Source: an uncultured Bacillales bacterium (GTDB taxonomy: Bacteria > Bacillota_I > Bacilli_A > RF39 > UBA660). Taken from it: a DNA stretch of 64,000 bases. This document shows, piece by piece, positions 17,505 through 26,106 of this stretch. Position 1 is the stretch's first letter, and each line of letters opens with the position of its first letter. The stretch is taken from the NCBI GenBank assembly GCA_946539445.1, contig CAMNHK010000005.1:1025-65024 (forward strand), written 5' to 3'. A program made the position numbers and the translations under genes. The notes beneath the pieces were generated by a model. It ran no database searches and had not been told where the DNA came from. It saw only the letters and a program-made list of their open reading frames with translations.

Positions 17505-19076
17505 ATGGATCAAGGATTAGTTACTTATGATTTAGCGGGAATTGATCAAAGTATTACCAATTCTGCTAGTGTCAGAGATTATATGGAAAGTATTTCCGGT
17601 AATATTTCTACCTTTTTAGGTTCTTGTGATAATCGTGTATTATCCTATTATAGTGGTGATTTTACTTCTGCCCTACGTGGTTGCAAGAGTTCTTTTAATA
17701 ATGACTATGACAACATGGATTTATTTGGAAAGTGGCTAGCTGAACAAAATTCAGATTTAAATGTTACGAACCAAAATGTCAATGGAATTGCTAATTCTAT
17801 TAATCCTGAAACTATTAATAGTGAGATTGGGACGGTTGCTACTTCTCCTAAAGATGCTTCTTCTCTTGATTTAAGTTGTGTAGTTGGAACTCTTGGAGAT
17901 GTTCCAACGAATCCAGCAGATGTGGCTGCCTTAGGATTACATTTTATAAACCCGGAGGCTTTTCAAGCATTACCATCTGAAGTGCAAGATGCTGTAAAAG
18001 CCGCTCTTAAAAATGTAGGATATGATGATAATACAATTGCTGATATCGTGGGAGGAAAAATTGGAATTAAGGCTTGTGTCTTAGATACTGTTTCTGATAC
18101 CTTAGAAAGTGTTTTATCGGAACATCCTGACCTTCGCAAGACTGTTATTGATTTGTATGGATTTGATCCTTTCGATGACGAAGGACACGTTAACGATGAT
18201 TTATTAACCGCTATTTTACTAATTGATGCTAAAGACCCTAATGATCAATATGATATTATTAAACTATTGCATGATCAATATGGTGTGGATATTGTGGATC
18301 CTGTTCAGTTATCTACTTTAACTGGTCAGTTAGAAAGTGTTATTTCTGCTCATCCGGATATCCGAGCTATGTTATTACAAAAATATGGATTTGATATTTT
18401 TAATGCGGATGGAACTATTAACAAGAGTCGTTTAGCTATCGCTATGATTATGGATAAAGCTAGTGGTGAGGACAGTTTTGATTTATTAGCTTTCTTAAAA
18501 GCTTATAATGCCAATTCTTTAGCAGGAATTCAAAACCATCTTATCAATCCTACGATTCAAACTACTACTGGAACATCTGATATTTCTTCAAATGTTTTAA
18601 CAAACGTAGGAGCTGGTTTAGGAAACCGTTCAAAAGCTACCAGTTTAGGGGGAACTCTTCTTGGTGCTACTCATAATGTTTCATCTAACTCTACCCTTTC
18701 AGAAGAGCAACAAAAACAATTATTCCAAAACTATGTTGAAAGGGTTCAACCTACTGCCGCTAATAGTGAAGCTAAGAGACAAAACACAGCTGCTATTGCC
18801 TTAGGACTTGGTAGTCTGGGAGCTCTTGGTGTTACTGGTGGTGGAATTGCTGCTAACAAGAAGGAAAAAGAAGAGAAAGAAGAAAAAGAAGAAGTAATTA
18901 CCAAAGAGGAATTTGATTTGTTCCGTACAGGAGACGGTATTGAAAATAAAGAAGATAGTAAAAAAGACTGGTTGTATGGTCTTGGTATTGGACTAGCTGC
19001 TGCCGCTGGAGTTGGAAAAGCTCTCAGTGATGATGAAGAGGATGACGAGCAAGAATCGGATGCCTTTCAATTATAA
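17505..19076 (+). CDS. Uncharacterised protein, family B copy 2: B-type N-domain, internal tandem repeat, two Gly/Ala-zipper helices, acidic tail
   Basis: RBS AAAGGAGG. N-terminus homologous to B1. Repeats at about aa 196-268 and 271-340. G/A helices at 18786..18854 and 18969..19022. Tail SDDEEDDEQESDAFQL. Confidence 0.7.
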   Translation: MDQGLVTYDLAGIDQSITNSASVRDYMESISGNISTFLGSCDNRVLSYYSGDFTSALRGCKSSFNNDYDNMDLFGKWLAEQNSDLNVTNQNVNGIANSINPETINSEIGTVATSPKDASSLDLSCVVGTLGDVPTNPADVAALGLHFINPEAFQALPSEVQDAVKAALKNVGYDDNTIADIVGGKIGIKACVLDTVSDTLESVLSEHPDLRKTVIDLYGFDPFDDEGHVNDDLLTAILLIDAKDPNDQYDIIKLLHDQYGVDIVDPVQLSTLTGQLESVISAHPDIRAMLLQKYGFDIFNADGTINKSRLAIAMIMDKASGEDSFDLLAFLKAYNANSLAGIQNHLINPTIQTTTGTSDISSNVLTNVGAGLGNRSKATSLGGTLLGATHNVSSNSTLSEEQQKQLFQNYVERVQPTAANSEAKRQNTAAIALGLGSLGALGVTGGGIAANKKEKEEKEEKEEVITKEEFDLFRTGDGIENKEDSKKDWLYGLGIGLAAAAGVGKALSDDEEDDEQESDAFQL

Positions 19077-19077
19077 T

Positions 19078-19108
19078 AAAAAAAGCACTCATTATTAGTG
19101 CTTTTTCT
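19078..19108. terminator. Bidirectional terminator shared by convergent genes
   Basis: A-run, AGCACT-7 nt-AGTGCT, T-run. Overlaps the stop of the 19095..20000 gene. Confidence 0.7.
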
Positions 19109-20000
19109 TTTGGTAAACAACGGCTCCATCTTGCATAGAATTATTTCTCTCTAAATCACTTAATCCTGGAAAGAATAAATAATCATAGTCACTTGGGAAG
19201 TATGGAAATACTCCGCTTGGATCTAATAAATATTCACTAGGATTCTTACGATTTTGACATTCAAACATGTAATATAACAAAACAATTCCATCTTCTTTTA
19301 GACTATCCAACATATTTCGGATAGGAGCTTTGGCATTTATTTTTTTTATAAAATCGAAGATATTGGATAAGAAAATAACATCATATTGATTGGGGAAAGA
19401 CTCCGTACTGATATCTCCCGTATGAAAAGAGACTTTCGTATTCTTTATTTGCTCTTTTGCTTTTTCATACGAGGTATCGGTTGCTAAATAAGGGTTTATC
19501 TTTTCTAGAATTTCTTTTCCTTCTTCATCCGAAAAGAATAGTCTTTGTCTTACTAATTGTGAATTTTCTTCTAATAATTCTTTCCAAAATTGATAGGACT
19601 CTTTATTTTCTTCGAATAGTGTCTCCTCTATTCTTTCCCATATTTTTTTCGAAAAAGCATCTATGTTTCTTTTTCTTCCAACCCAACTAAAAAATTGAAA
19701 AAATTCTTCTCTAGATAGTTTTAAAAGAGCTGACTTCTTTAAATAATAGTATTCTTCGGTAAAAGGACAAACATCTAATACCGTAATATTCTTACATCCT
19801 TTTAAAGATGCATTTAAGGTCTGATCTGCAGAAGATCCGACTGTTAGAAGGGATTTACCCTCTAAATCAAAATTATCGATATATCCGGCTATATTTTCGG
19901 TTGCAAAAGGATATAGTTTTTGAAAGTTTGTTTTTTGAAAAATATTAGGTCGTTTCCCTACTATTTTTTTCGCTAATTGTATTTTTTCTTGTATCTCCAT
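19095..20000 (-). CDS. Class I SAM-dependent methyltransferase-fold protein (DUF3419/BtaA-like)
   Basis: LLTVGSSADQTLNASLKGCKNITVLDVCPFTEEYYYLKKSALLKLSREEFFQFF matches my recollection of the DUF3419 N-terminal pattern. Also DVIFLSNIFD. Confidence 0.45.
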   Translation of the reverse strand: MEIQEKIQLAKKIVGKRPNIFQKTNFQKLYPFATENIAGYIDNFDLEGKSLLTVGSSADQTLNASLKGCKNITVLDVCPFTEEYYYLKKSALLKLSREEFFQFFSWVGRKRNIDAFSKKIWERIEETLFEENKESYQFWKELLEENSQLVRQRLFFSDEEGKEILEKINPYLATDTSYEKAKEQIKNTKVSFHTGDISTESFPNQYDVIFLSNIFDFIKKINAKAPIRNMLDSLKEDGIVLLYYMFECQNRKNPSEYLLDPSGVFPYFPSDYDYLFFPGLSDLERNNSMQDGAVVYQKKKH

Positions 20001-20058
20001 AGTAATCCCCTTTTTCTTGGTTCCCTATTATATCACATTTTATTCAAAAAGAAAAGAA

Positions 20059-20625
20059 CTATCGTTCTTTTTGGTCTAATATTATTAAAAGGAAACTTAC
20101 TATTGTTTGAAATAGAATGGTGGTAGAGACCATTCGAACAAGATAAGAAAATGTCATTCCATCTGTATATTGTAGCAATTGAAAAAATACGAAAATAATA
20201 CAAGATAGAATATAACATCCTAATTGCCATCCTATATTTTTATGATTCTTTAGAATATATAAATATATCAATAAGTTTATAAATTGACTGACTACATATC
20301 CACAAAAATCTCCTGCTAAAGAGAGAAGAATCAAATCACTATTCATTATAAAAGATAAGATAGAAGTAAAACTGACAAATATTACAGAAGAGATAGCAAT
20401 AGCAGATACTCCTTTTTTATAATCAAATCTTTTGGTAATAAAGTTTATAATATAATAGGAAAATGGTAAAAGAAATAGAGAAAAAGAAAATCTAGTTCCC
20501 CAGAATGGAAATGTATAACTCTTGATGGATTGATATAAAATCATCAAGGTTGTTACAAATAAAACATATTCTCCACTATCTTCTTTTTTATTTCTTTTTT
20601 TCATCCTTTCTTCTCCTTTTGACAT
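20059..20625 (-). CDS. Polytopic membrane protein, unknown function
   Basis: 5-6 predicted TM helices. Start uncertain because it overlaps the upstream gene. No confident family assignment. Confidence 0.4.
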   Translation of the reverse strand: MSKGEERMKKRNKKEDSGEYVLFVTTLMILYQSIKSYTFPFWGTRFSFSLFLLPFSYYIINFITKRFDYKKGVSAIAISSVIFVSFTSILSFIMNSDLILLSLAGDFCGYVVSQFINLLIYLYILKNHKNIGWQLGCYILSCIIFVFFQLLQYTDGMTFSYLVRMVSTTILFQTIVSFLLIILDQKER

Positions 20626-21289
20626 TATCCATTAAACTATAGATAGCTAGACAAATAACACATCCTAACATAACGGTTATGACAATTAAGTAACCGCCTA
20701 CTCCTGCTGATGTTGGGATAGGTTCTAACACACTTTCTTGTTTATCCTTATTTAAGGTATAATCACTATTTAAATTATAGGTATACCATAAGTTATAAGT
20801 TCCTGGTGTTTCCGTTTCTTCTAGAACACAGCCAAATGTTTCACTGATATCCGTGTAGTGAAAAGGGATTTGATAAGTCATACTACTCTGTATTTTTTTC
20901 TCTAATTGCACTTCGTCATAATAGTTATCCATATCATAAGGAGAATTGGATAAGTTTTCTAAAATAGAATATAAATAAAAAGATTCAATATTATTCTCAA
21001 TGATCGGAATAGTAGGATTTTCTCCCATCATAATTACTCGTCCGGAACCAAAATAAAGTTTATTATCTCTCCATTGATAAGGAATCGATACAAGACGAGA
21101 ATCGGAACCTTCTAACTGTACTTCAATGGTGGTATCTTGCATTTTTACATGCGTTATTTTGATATTTTCATCCACTACTGTATTTTCAATTTTATTGATC
21201 ACTTGTATTACCTCTTCTTGAGTATCAAGAGCAAGTATTTGGATAGGAAAAAGGCAAATAATAAGTAATAGATATAGGTATTTTTTCAT
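20588..21289 (-). CDS. Secreted protein with C-terminal membrane anchor, unknown function
   Basis: Signal peptide MKKYLYLLLIICLFPIQILA. C-terminal TM helix plus basic tail KRRRKDEKKK. Confidence 0.45.
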   Translation of the reverse strand: MKKYLYLLLIICLFPIQILALDTQEEVIQVINKIENTVVDENIKITHVKMQDTTIEVQLEGSDSRLVSIPYQWRDNKLYFGSGRVIMMGENPTIPIIENNIESFYLYSILENLSNSPYDMDNYYDEVQLEKKIQSSMTYQIPFHYTDISETFGCVLEETETPGTYNLWYTYNLNSDYTLNKDKQESVLEPIPTSAGVGGYLIVITVMLGCVICLAIYSLMDNVKRRRKDEKKK

Positions 21290-21366
21290 ATCATCACCTA
21301 TCCTTTATATTATTATTTTACCATACTAAAAAATAGAAGAAAAGAAAAAGATTGAATTCCTCAATC

Positions 21367-21714
21367 TTATTTTTCTTTTTCTTTTATTTCTTCAATCATT
21401 TTTTCAATATGTTCTCCATATTCTATGGAATTATCATATAGAAATTTTAATTCAGGAGTATGTCTAACTTCCACTCTTTCTGCTAATTTGCTGCGAATGA
21501 AAGGAGATGCTTTTTGTAAAGCTTCCGCCGTTTCTTTTTGTCTTTCACGATTTAAAACGGTGTAATAGACTTTTGCATAACTTAAATCACTGGATGTTTC
21601 TACTCCTGTTATCGTTACAAATTTAATATCTTCGTCTTTAATCTCACGCATAAGTATTACACTTATTTCTTCTTGAAATGCATGATTTAAACGTTCAATT
21701 TTAATACTAGCCAT
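21367..21714 (-). CDS. rbfA: Ribosome-binding factor A
   Basis: 115 aa, typical RbfA sequence (RLNHAFQEEISVIL...VTITGVETSSDLSYAKVYY). Position after infB. Confidence 0.9.
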   Translation of the reverse strand: MASIKIERLNHAFQEEISVILMREIKDEDIKFVTITGVETSSDLSYAKVYYTVLNRERQKETAEALQKASPFIRSKLAERVEVRHTPELKFLYDNSIEYGEHIEKMIEEIKEKEK

Positions 21715-21728
21715 ATTACTCCTTTCGT

Positions 21729-22118
21729 TTATTTTATTTCATAAACTAAATATTTATTTAATGGTTGATTTGGAAATTTTTTTTGATAAGCCATTGCTAG
21801 AAAATCACATTCTTCAAAATTATGTTCTGATAAATAATAAAGTCTTTCTAGTTGCATTCCTTTTTCTGTTCTCTTAAAAATAGCAATTGTATCTTGGGAT
21901 TCATTGATTTGTAATCCTCTATCTAAAAAATCTTCAAATTCTTCTATAGGAACTGCCTTTAACAAATGATCTTTTATGCTATTCGTTGCTGTATCTATAA
22001 AGCGAACACTTATATCGATTCCATTGGGACTAGCTATATATTGAAGAAGAGAATTATCTTCTATCATATCCTCTTTTATTACAATTCTACTTCTTTCTTC
22101 TCTTATACTTTTTTTCAT
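21729..22118 (-). CDS. Hypothetical protein (occupies the ylxP position between infB and rbfA)
   Basis: 129-aa ORF in an operon context. No DUF503-like features recognised. Confidence 0.4.
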   Translation of the reverse strand: MKKSIREERSRIVIKEDMIEDNSLLQYIASPNGIDISVRFIDTATNSIKDHLLKAVPIEEFEDFLDRGLQINESQDTIAIFKRTEKGMQLERLYYLSEHNFEECDFLAMAYQKKFPNQPLNKYLVYEIK

Positions 22119-22128
22119 ATTCTAATAC

Positions 22129-24279
22129 TTATCGTTTTACTTCTACTAATTCGTATACTTCGATAATGTCTCCTTCTTTATAATCTTGACAGTTTTCTAA
22201 AGTAATACCACAATCCATATCTTTTTTTATTTCTTTTACTTGCTCTTTTTCATGTTGTAGAGTATTAACAGCTCCATTATATACTACTATATCATCACGA
22301 ATAATACGAGCTTTACTATTATTTTTAACAATACCACTTGTTACATGGCATCCAGCGATTAATCCTACTTTTGAGAACTTGAAGATTTGACGAATTTCTG
22401 CTGTTCCGATTACTTTTTCTTCGAATTCTGGATCTAGTAATCCTTTCATAGCATTTTCCATATCTTCTACTGCTTTATAAATAATGTCATACGTTTTAAT
22501 CTCAATACCATATTGTTTGGCGATATCCGCTGCGGATGATGAAGCACGTACATTGAATCCAATAATAATAGCATGAGATGCAGATGCTAGAACGACATCG
22601 CTTTCGGTAATAGCTCCGACTCCTCCACGGATAACGGATACTTTTACTCCTTCTACATCTATTTTTTCTAACGCATTACGAACGGCTTCTAAGGAACCAT
22701 TTACATCGGCTTTTAAGACAACATTTATTTCTTTTTGTCCTTCTTTAATGCGACCAAATAAATCTTCTAAGGTCATACCACTAAAGTTCGTATCTTGTTC
22801 TTTGGAACGAAGAGCACGGGATGCAGCAATGTCTTTGGCTTGTTTTTCAGATTCAAATGCCATAAATTTGTCTCCAGCACTTGGTACTTCTGAAATACCT
22901 GTTACTTCTACTGGAGTAGATGGACCTGCTTCTACGATATTTTGTCCTTTATCGTTTTTTAGTGTTCTAACTTTTCCAGCATAGTTTCCGATAACAATTG
23001 GATCTCCTAAGCGAAGAGTACCATTTTGAATTAATAATGTTGCGATAGAACCAACTTTTGAATCTTTCTTAGCTTCTACTACCGCTCCTGTTGCATAACG
23101 AGATGGATTGGCTTTGTATTCTTGCATTTCGGCTACTAGCAAGATATTTTCTAATAGGTTTTCTACTCCTTCTCCTGTTTTGGCAGAAATCTTGTTTACA
23201 ATGATATCTCCACCCCATTCTTCTGGAGTTAAGCCATTTTCTACTAAACCAGTCATAATACGTTCAATGTTCGCTTCTGGTTTATCAATTTTGTTAATAG
23301 CTACAATAATTGGTACTCCAGCGGCTTTGGCATGATCGATAGCTTCTCTTGTTTGAGGCATAATTCCATCATCTGCTGCGACTATAATAATTACAATATC
23401 GGTTATTTGAGCTCCACGAGCACGCATTTCGGTAAAGGCTGCATGTCCTGGTGTATCAATAAACGTAATTACTTTGTCTTTGCAGGTTACTGAATAAGCA
23501 CCAATTGCTTGGGTAATTCCTCCGGCTTCTCCACTTACTACGTTACTATTACGAATGTAGTCTAATAGAGTTGTTTTTCCATGGTCAACGTGTCCCATAA
23601 TGGTTACTACTGGAGGACGTTCTACTAAATCTTCTGGACGATCTTCTATTTCATATTGTTCAAAATTAGAGATATCTGCGGTTTCTTCTTTCTTTAATAC
23701 TTTGTCATAATCCGAAGAGATTACTTCTGCTGTATCATAATCAAGAGATTGATTTAGGGAAGCCATAACTCCTAGTGCCATACATTTTTTTACTAGTTCT
23801 ACAGGAGCTACTTCTAATATATTAGCTAAATCTGTAACGGTCATTCCTTCTTTATAAAGAATTACGTTTTCATCTTGAGGAGTTTCATTACTTTGTAATT
23901 TTTCACGATGTTTGTAGATTTTTTTTCTTTCTTTTAAGAAATCTTTCTTATTGTTATCCGTTTTCTTAGCTTGTTTATTTTGTTTTACTTTTGTAAAATT
24001 TTGTTCATTATCCATATCAATTTTGGTGGAATAAGCTAATTCTTCGGCTTTATCTTCTACTTCTTCTTCTAATCGTCTTTCTTCATAATCCGGAGTATCC
24101 TCCTCTTTTTCTGCTGTCTCTTCAGCCAATTGATTGTCTAATAGAGTAATGCTAATATCATCTAGTAATGTGTTTTCATCTTCGTAATGAATTCCTACTT
24201 TATCACATATGGCTTTTATTTCTTCTACGGATTTGCCAACGTCTAAAGCATAATCTTCTAATGTCATCATGATGACCAC
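22129..24279 (-). CDS. infB: Translation initiation factor IF-2
   Basis: G-domain (GHVDHGKTTLLD, DTPGH, NKID), charged N-terminal region, conserved C-terminal domains. Confidence 0.95.
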   Translation of the reverse strand: MVIMMTLEDYALDVGKSVEEIKAICDKVGIHYEDENTLLDDISITLLDNQLAEETAEKEEDTPDYEERRLEEEVEDKAEELAYSTKIDMDNEQNFTKVKQNKQAKKTDNNKKDFLKERKKIYKHREKLQSNETPQDENVILYKEGMTVTDLANILEVAPVELVKKCMALGVMASLNQSLDYDTAEVISSDYDKVLKKEETADISNFEQYEIEDRPEDLVERPPVVTIMGHVDHGKTTLLDYIRNSNVVSGEAGGITQAIGAYSVTCKDKVITFIDTPGHAAFTEMRARGAQITDIVIIIVAADDGIMPQTREAIDHAKAAGVPIIVAINKIDKPEANIERIMTGLVENGLTPEEWGGDIIVNKISAKTGEGVENLLENILLVAEMQEYKANPSRYATGAVVEAKKDSKVGSIATLLIQNGTLRLGDPIVIGNYAGKVRTLKNDKGQNIVEAGPSTPVEVTGISEVPSAGDKFMAFESEKQAKDIAASRALRSKEQDTNFSGMTLEDLFGRIKEGQKEINVVLKADVNGSLEAVRNALEKIDVEGVKVSVIRGGVGAITESDVVLASASHAIIIGFNVRASSSAADIAKQYGIEIKTYDIIYKAVEDMENAMKGLLDPEFEEKVIGTAEIRQIFKFSKVGLIAGCHVTSGIVKNNSKARIIRDDIVVYNGAVNTLQHEKEQVKEIKKDMDCGITLENCQDYKEGDIIEVYELVEVKR

Positions 24280-24280
24280 C

Positions 24281-24544
24281 TCACTTTTCTATACAATTTT
24301 TTATTTTTTCATAGACTTCATCATCTATTTTTACTTCTAAGCGTTTTTCCAAAATATTGGATTTACGAGCTTTTTCTAAGACCTCAAGGTCCTTTTTAAT
24401 ATATGCTCCTCTTCCATTTAATTTTCCTGTTTCATCGACTTCAATATCTCCTTCTGGAGTACGAACGATTCTTAATAATTCTTTCTTAGGAAGAGATTCT
24501 TTGGTTACCACACAGGTACGTAGTGGAATCTTCTTTTGTTTCAT
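24281..24544 (-). CDS. ylxR: YlxR/RnpM family RNA-binding protein (DUF448)
   Basis: PLRTCVVTKE...ELLRIV...GRGAYI. Lies between nusA and infB. Confidence 0.85.
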   Translation of the reverse strand: MKQKKIPLRTCVVTKESLPKKELLRIVRTPEGDIEVDETGKLNGRGAYIKKDLEVLEKARKSNILEKRLEVKIDDEVYEKIKNCIEK

Positions 24545-24555
24545 AGGATTCCTCC

Positions 24556-25764
24556 TTATCTAAAGTTTATTCCAGCCTCTCTGGCTTGTTCTGATGTTTT
24601 AATATCAATCTTCTTAAACTTCGTTAATTTGGTTGCTAGACGGGCATTTTGTCCTTTTTTACCAATGGCTAATGAGAAGTTATCTCCATCGGCTATTACC
24701 ATAGCTTCTAACTTTTTAGGGTCTGTGATTGCTACTGTTAATTCTTTTGCAGGAGACAAGGCATTTTCAATAAAGACAGCTGGATCTGGATCATATTTAA
24801 CAACGTCTAATTTTTCTCCATGTAATTCATTAATAATTCTTGCAATACGAGATCCTTTTTCTCCAATACATGCTCCTATTGGATCTACATTTGGATTTTC
24901 AGAATAAACCGCTACTTTACTTCTGTTTCCTGCGTCTCTTGCAACACTATAAATCATAACCGTTCCATCATTGATTTCTGGTATTTCTAATTCAAATAAA
25001 CGTTTTACAAATCCATAATGAGATCTACTTAATAAGATTAATAAATTTTTTCCATTATTATCTACTTTCGAAACATAAACTTTTATTTGAGAACCCATTT
25101 CAATTGTTTCTCCTGGAATGATATCTTTCTTTGGTAAAATTCCATTTGTTCTTCCTAAATCAATAAAATAATTATCGGTGTCTTCTAGGGCAACGGTACC
25201 AATTAATAATTCATCTTGTTTGTCTCCAAATTCTTCCATGATGCTATTTCTTTCCGCTTCACGAATCTTTTGAACAACTACTTGTTTGGCAGTAGATGCT
25301 GCTACACGTCCAAAGTCTTTTGGTGTTACTTCGGTATCAATCGTGTCTCCTATTTCAAGAGATTTATCAATTTTCTTGGCGTCGCTTAATTTGATTTCTG
25401 TTTCTGGATTGAAGAAAGTCATTTGTGGTTTTTCTTCTTCAGATGCTTCTTCTGTTGTTTCCTCTCCTTCTTCTGTCTCTTCTGGTTTTGTATCTAATTC
25501 ATCATCTTCTGCATATTTTTCAAATAGATCATCATCATATTCTTCTTTCGTCATTTTGTCATCTGGTACAACGGTTAAGAAAGAGTATACTTTGATTTCT
25601 CCTGTTACTCGATCAAATAATACTTTTACATTTGTTTTTGAATTAAAATTCTTTTTGTAAGCAGATGTTAAGGCTAATTCCATAGCACTGTATACTACTT
25701 CTGGATCAATATCTTTTTCCGCTACAATGTTATCCAATGCTTTTTTAAATTCTTTTCCATTCAT
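24556..25764 (-). CDS. nusA: Transcription termination/antitermination factor NusA (with acidic insertion)
   Basis: N-terminal domain, S1 and two KH domains (GACIGEKGSRIARI, AIGKKGQNARLA). An extra ~45-aa D/E-rich insert sits at about aa 70-118. Confidence 0.9.
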   Translation of the reverse strand: MNGKEFKKALDNIVAEKDIDPEVVYSAMELALTSAYKKNFNSKTNVKVLFDRVTGEIKVYSFLTVVPDDKMTKEEYDDDLFEKYAEDDELDTKPEETEEGEETTEEASEEEKPQMTFFNPETEIKLSDAKKIDKSLEIGDTIDTEVTPKDFGRVAASTAKQVVVQKIREAERNSIMEEFGDKQDELLIGTVALEDTDNYFIDLGRTNGILPKKDIIPGETIEMGSQIKVYVSKVDNNGKNLLILLSRSHYGFVKRLFELEIPEINDGTVMIYSVARDAGNRSKVAVYSENPNVDPIGACIGEKGSRIARIINELHGEKLDVVKYDPDPAVFIENALSPAKELTVAITDPKKLEAMVIADGDNFSLAIGKKGQNARLATKLTKFKKIDIKTSEQAREAGINFR

Positions 25765-25765
25765 T

Positions 25766-26023
25766 TTATTCTTCTCCCTTCTCTTTTGAGAAAATGTCTA
25801 ACTCATCGGCATCTTCCATAACACTTTCATTCTCATCCATTATTTTATTAATAATTCTAGATGCTTCTGTAATTTTATTTAAATCAATTACTTCCTCACT
25901 ATCTAATACAATGTTAAAACGTTTCTTTCCTTCTTCTGTATCTATAAATGCATCACTTACAAAGACATTTAAATCTTTGATAGCTTCGTTTACTAGATTC
26001 TCTACGGTTTCTTTCATAAACAC
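25766..26023 (-). CDS. rimP: RimP-like ribosome maturation factor, N-terminal domain only (85 aa)
   Basis: Position immediately upstream of nusA. N-domain-like sequence that ends where SPG plus the C-terminal barrel would normally follow. Confidence 0.55.
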   Translation of the reverse strand: MFMKETVENLVNEAIKDLNVFVSDAFIDTEEGKKRFNIVLDSEEVIDLNKITEASRIINKIMDENESVMEDADELDIFSKEKGEE

Positions 26024-26106
26024 CTCCCAAATAATAAGAGTGGGACTTTTTCTTTCCCACTCCTTTCTGTTTGTATTATAACATATTTTTTTATTTTTAC
26101 AAGTAT

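Noticed and set aside
17505-17800. Calling family B (and the 389-aa protein at 61365..62534) LXG-domain toxins
   Set aside because: Only a vague positional resemblance exists (FLG/FLH near residue 37, a helical N-domain). No clear L-x-G motif or recognisable LXG consensus is visible, and no C-terminal enzymatic toxin domain or adjacent small immunity gene is present. They are left as uncharacterised.
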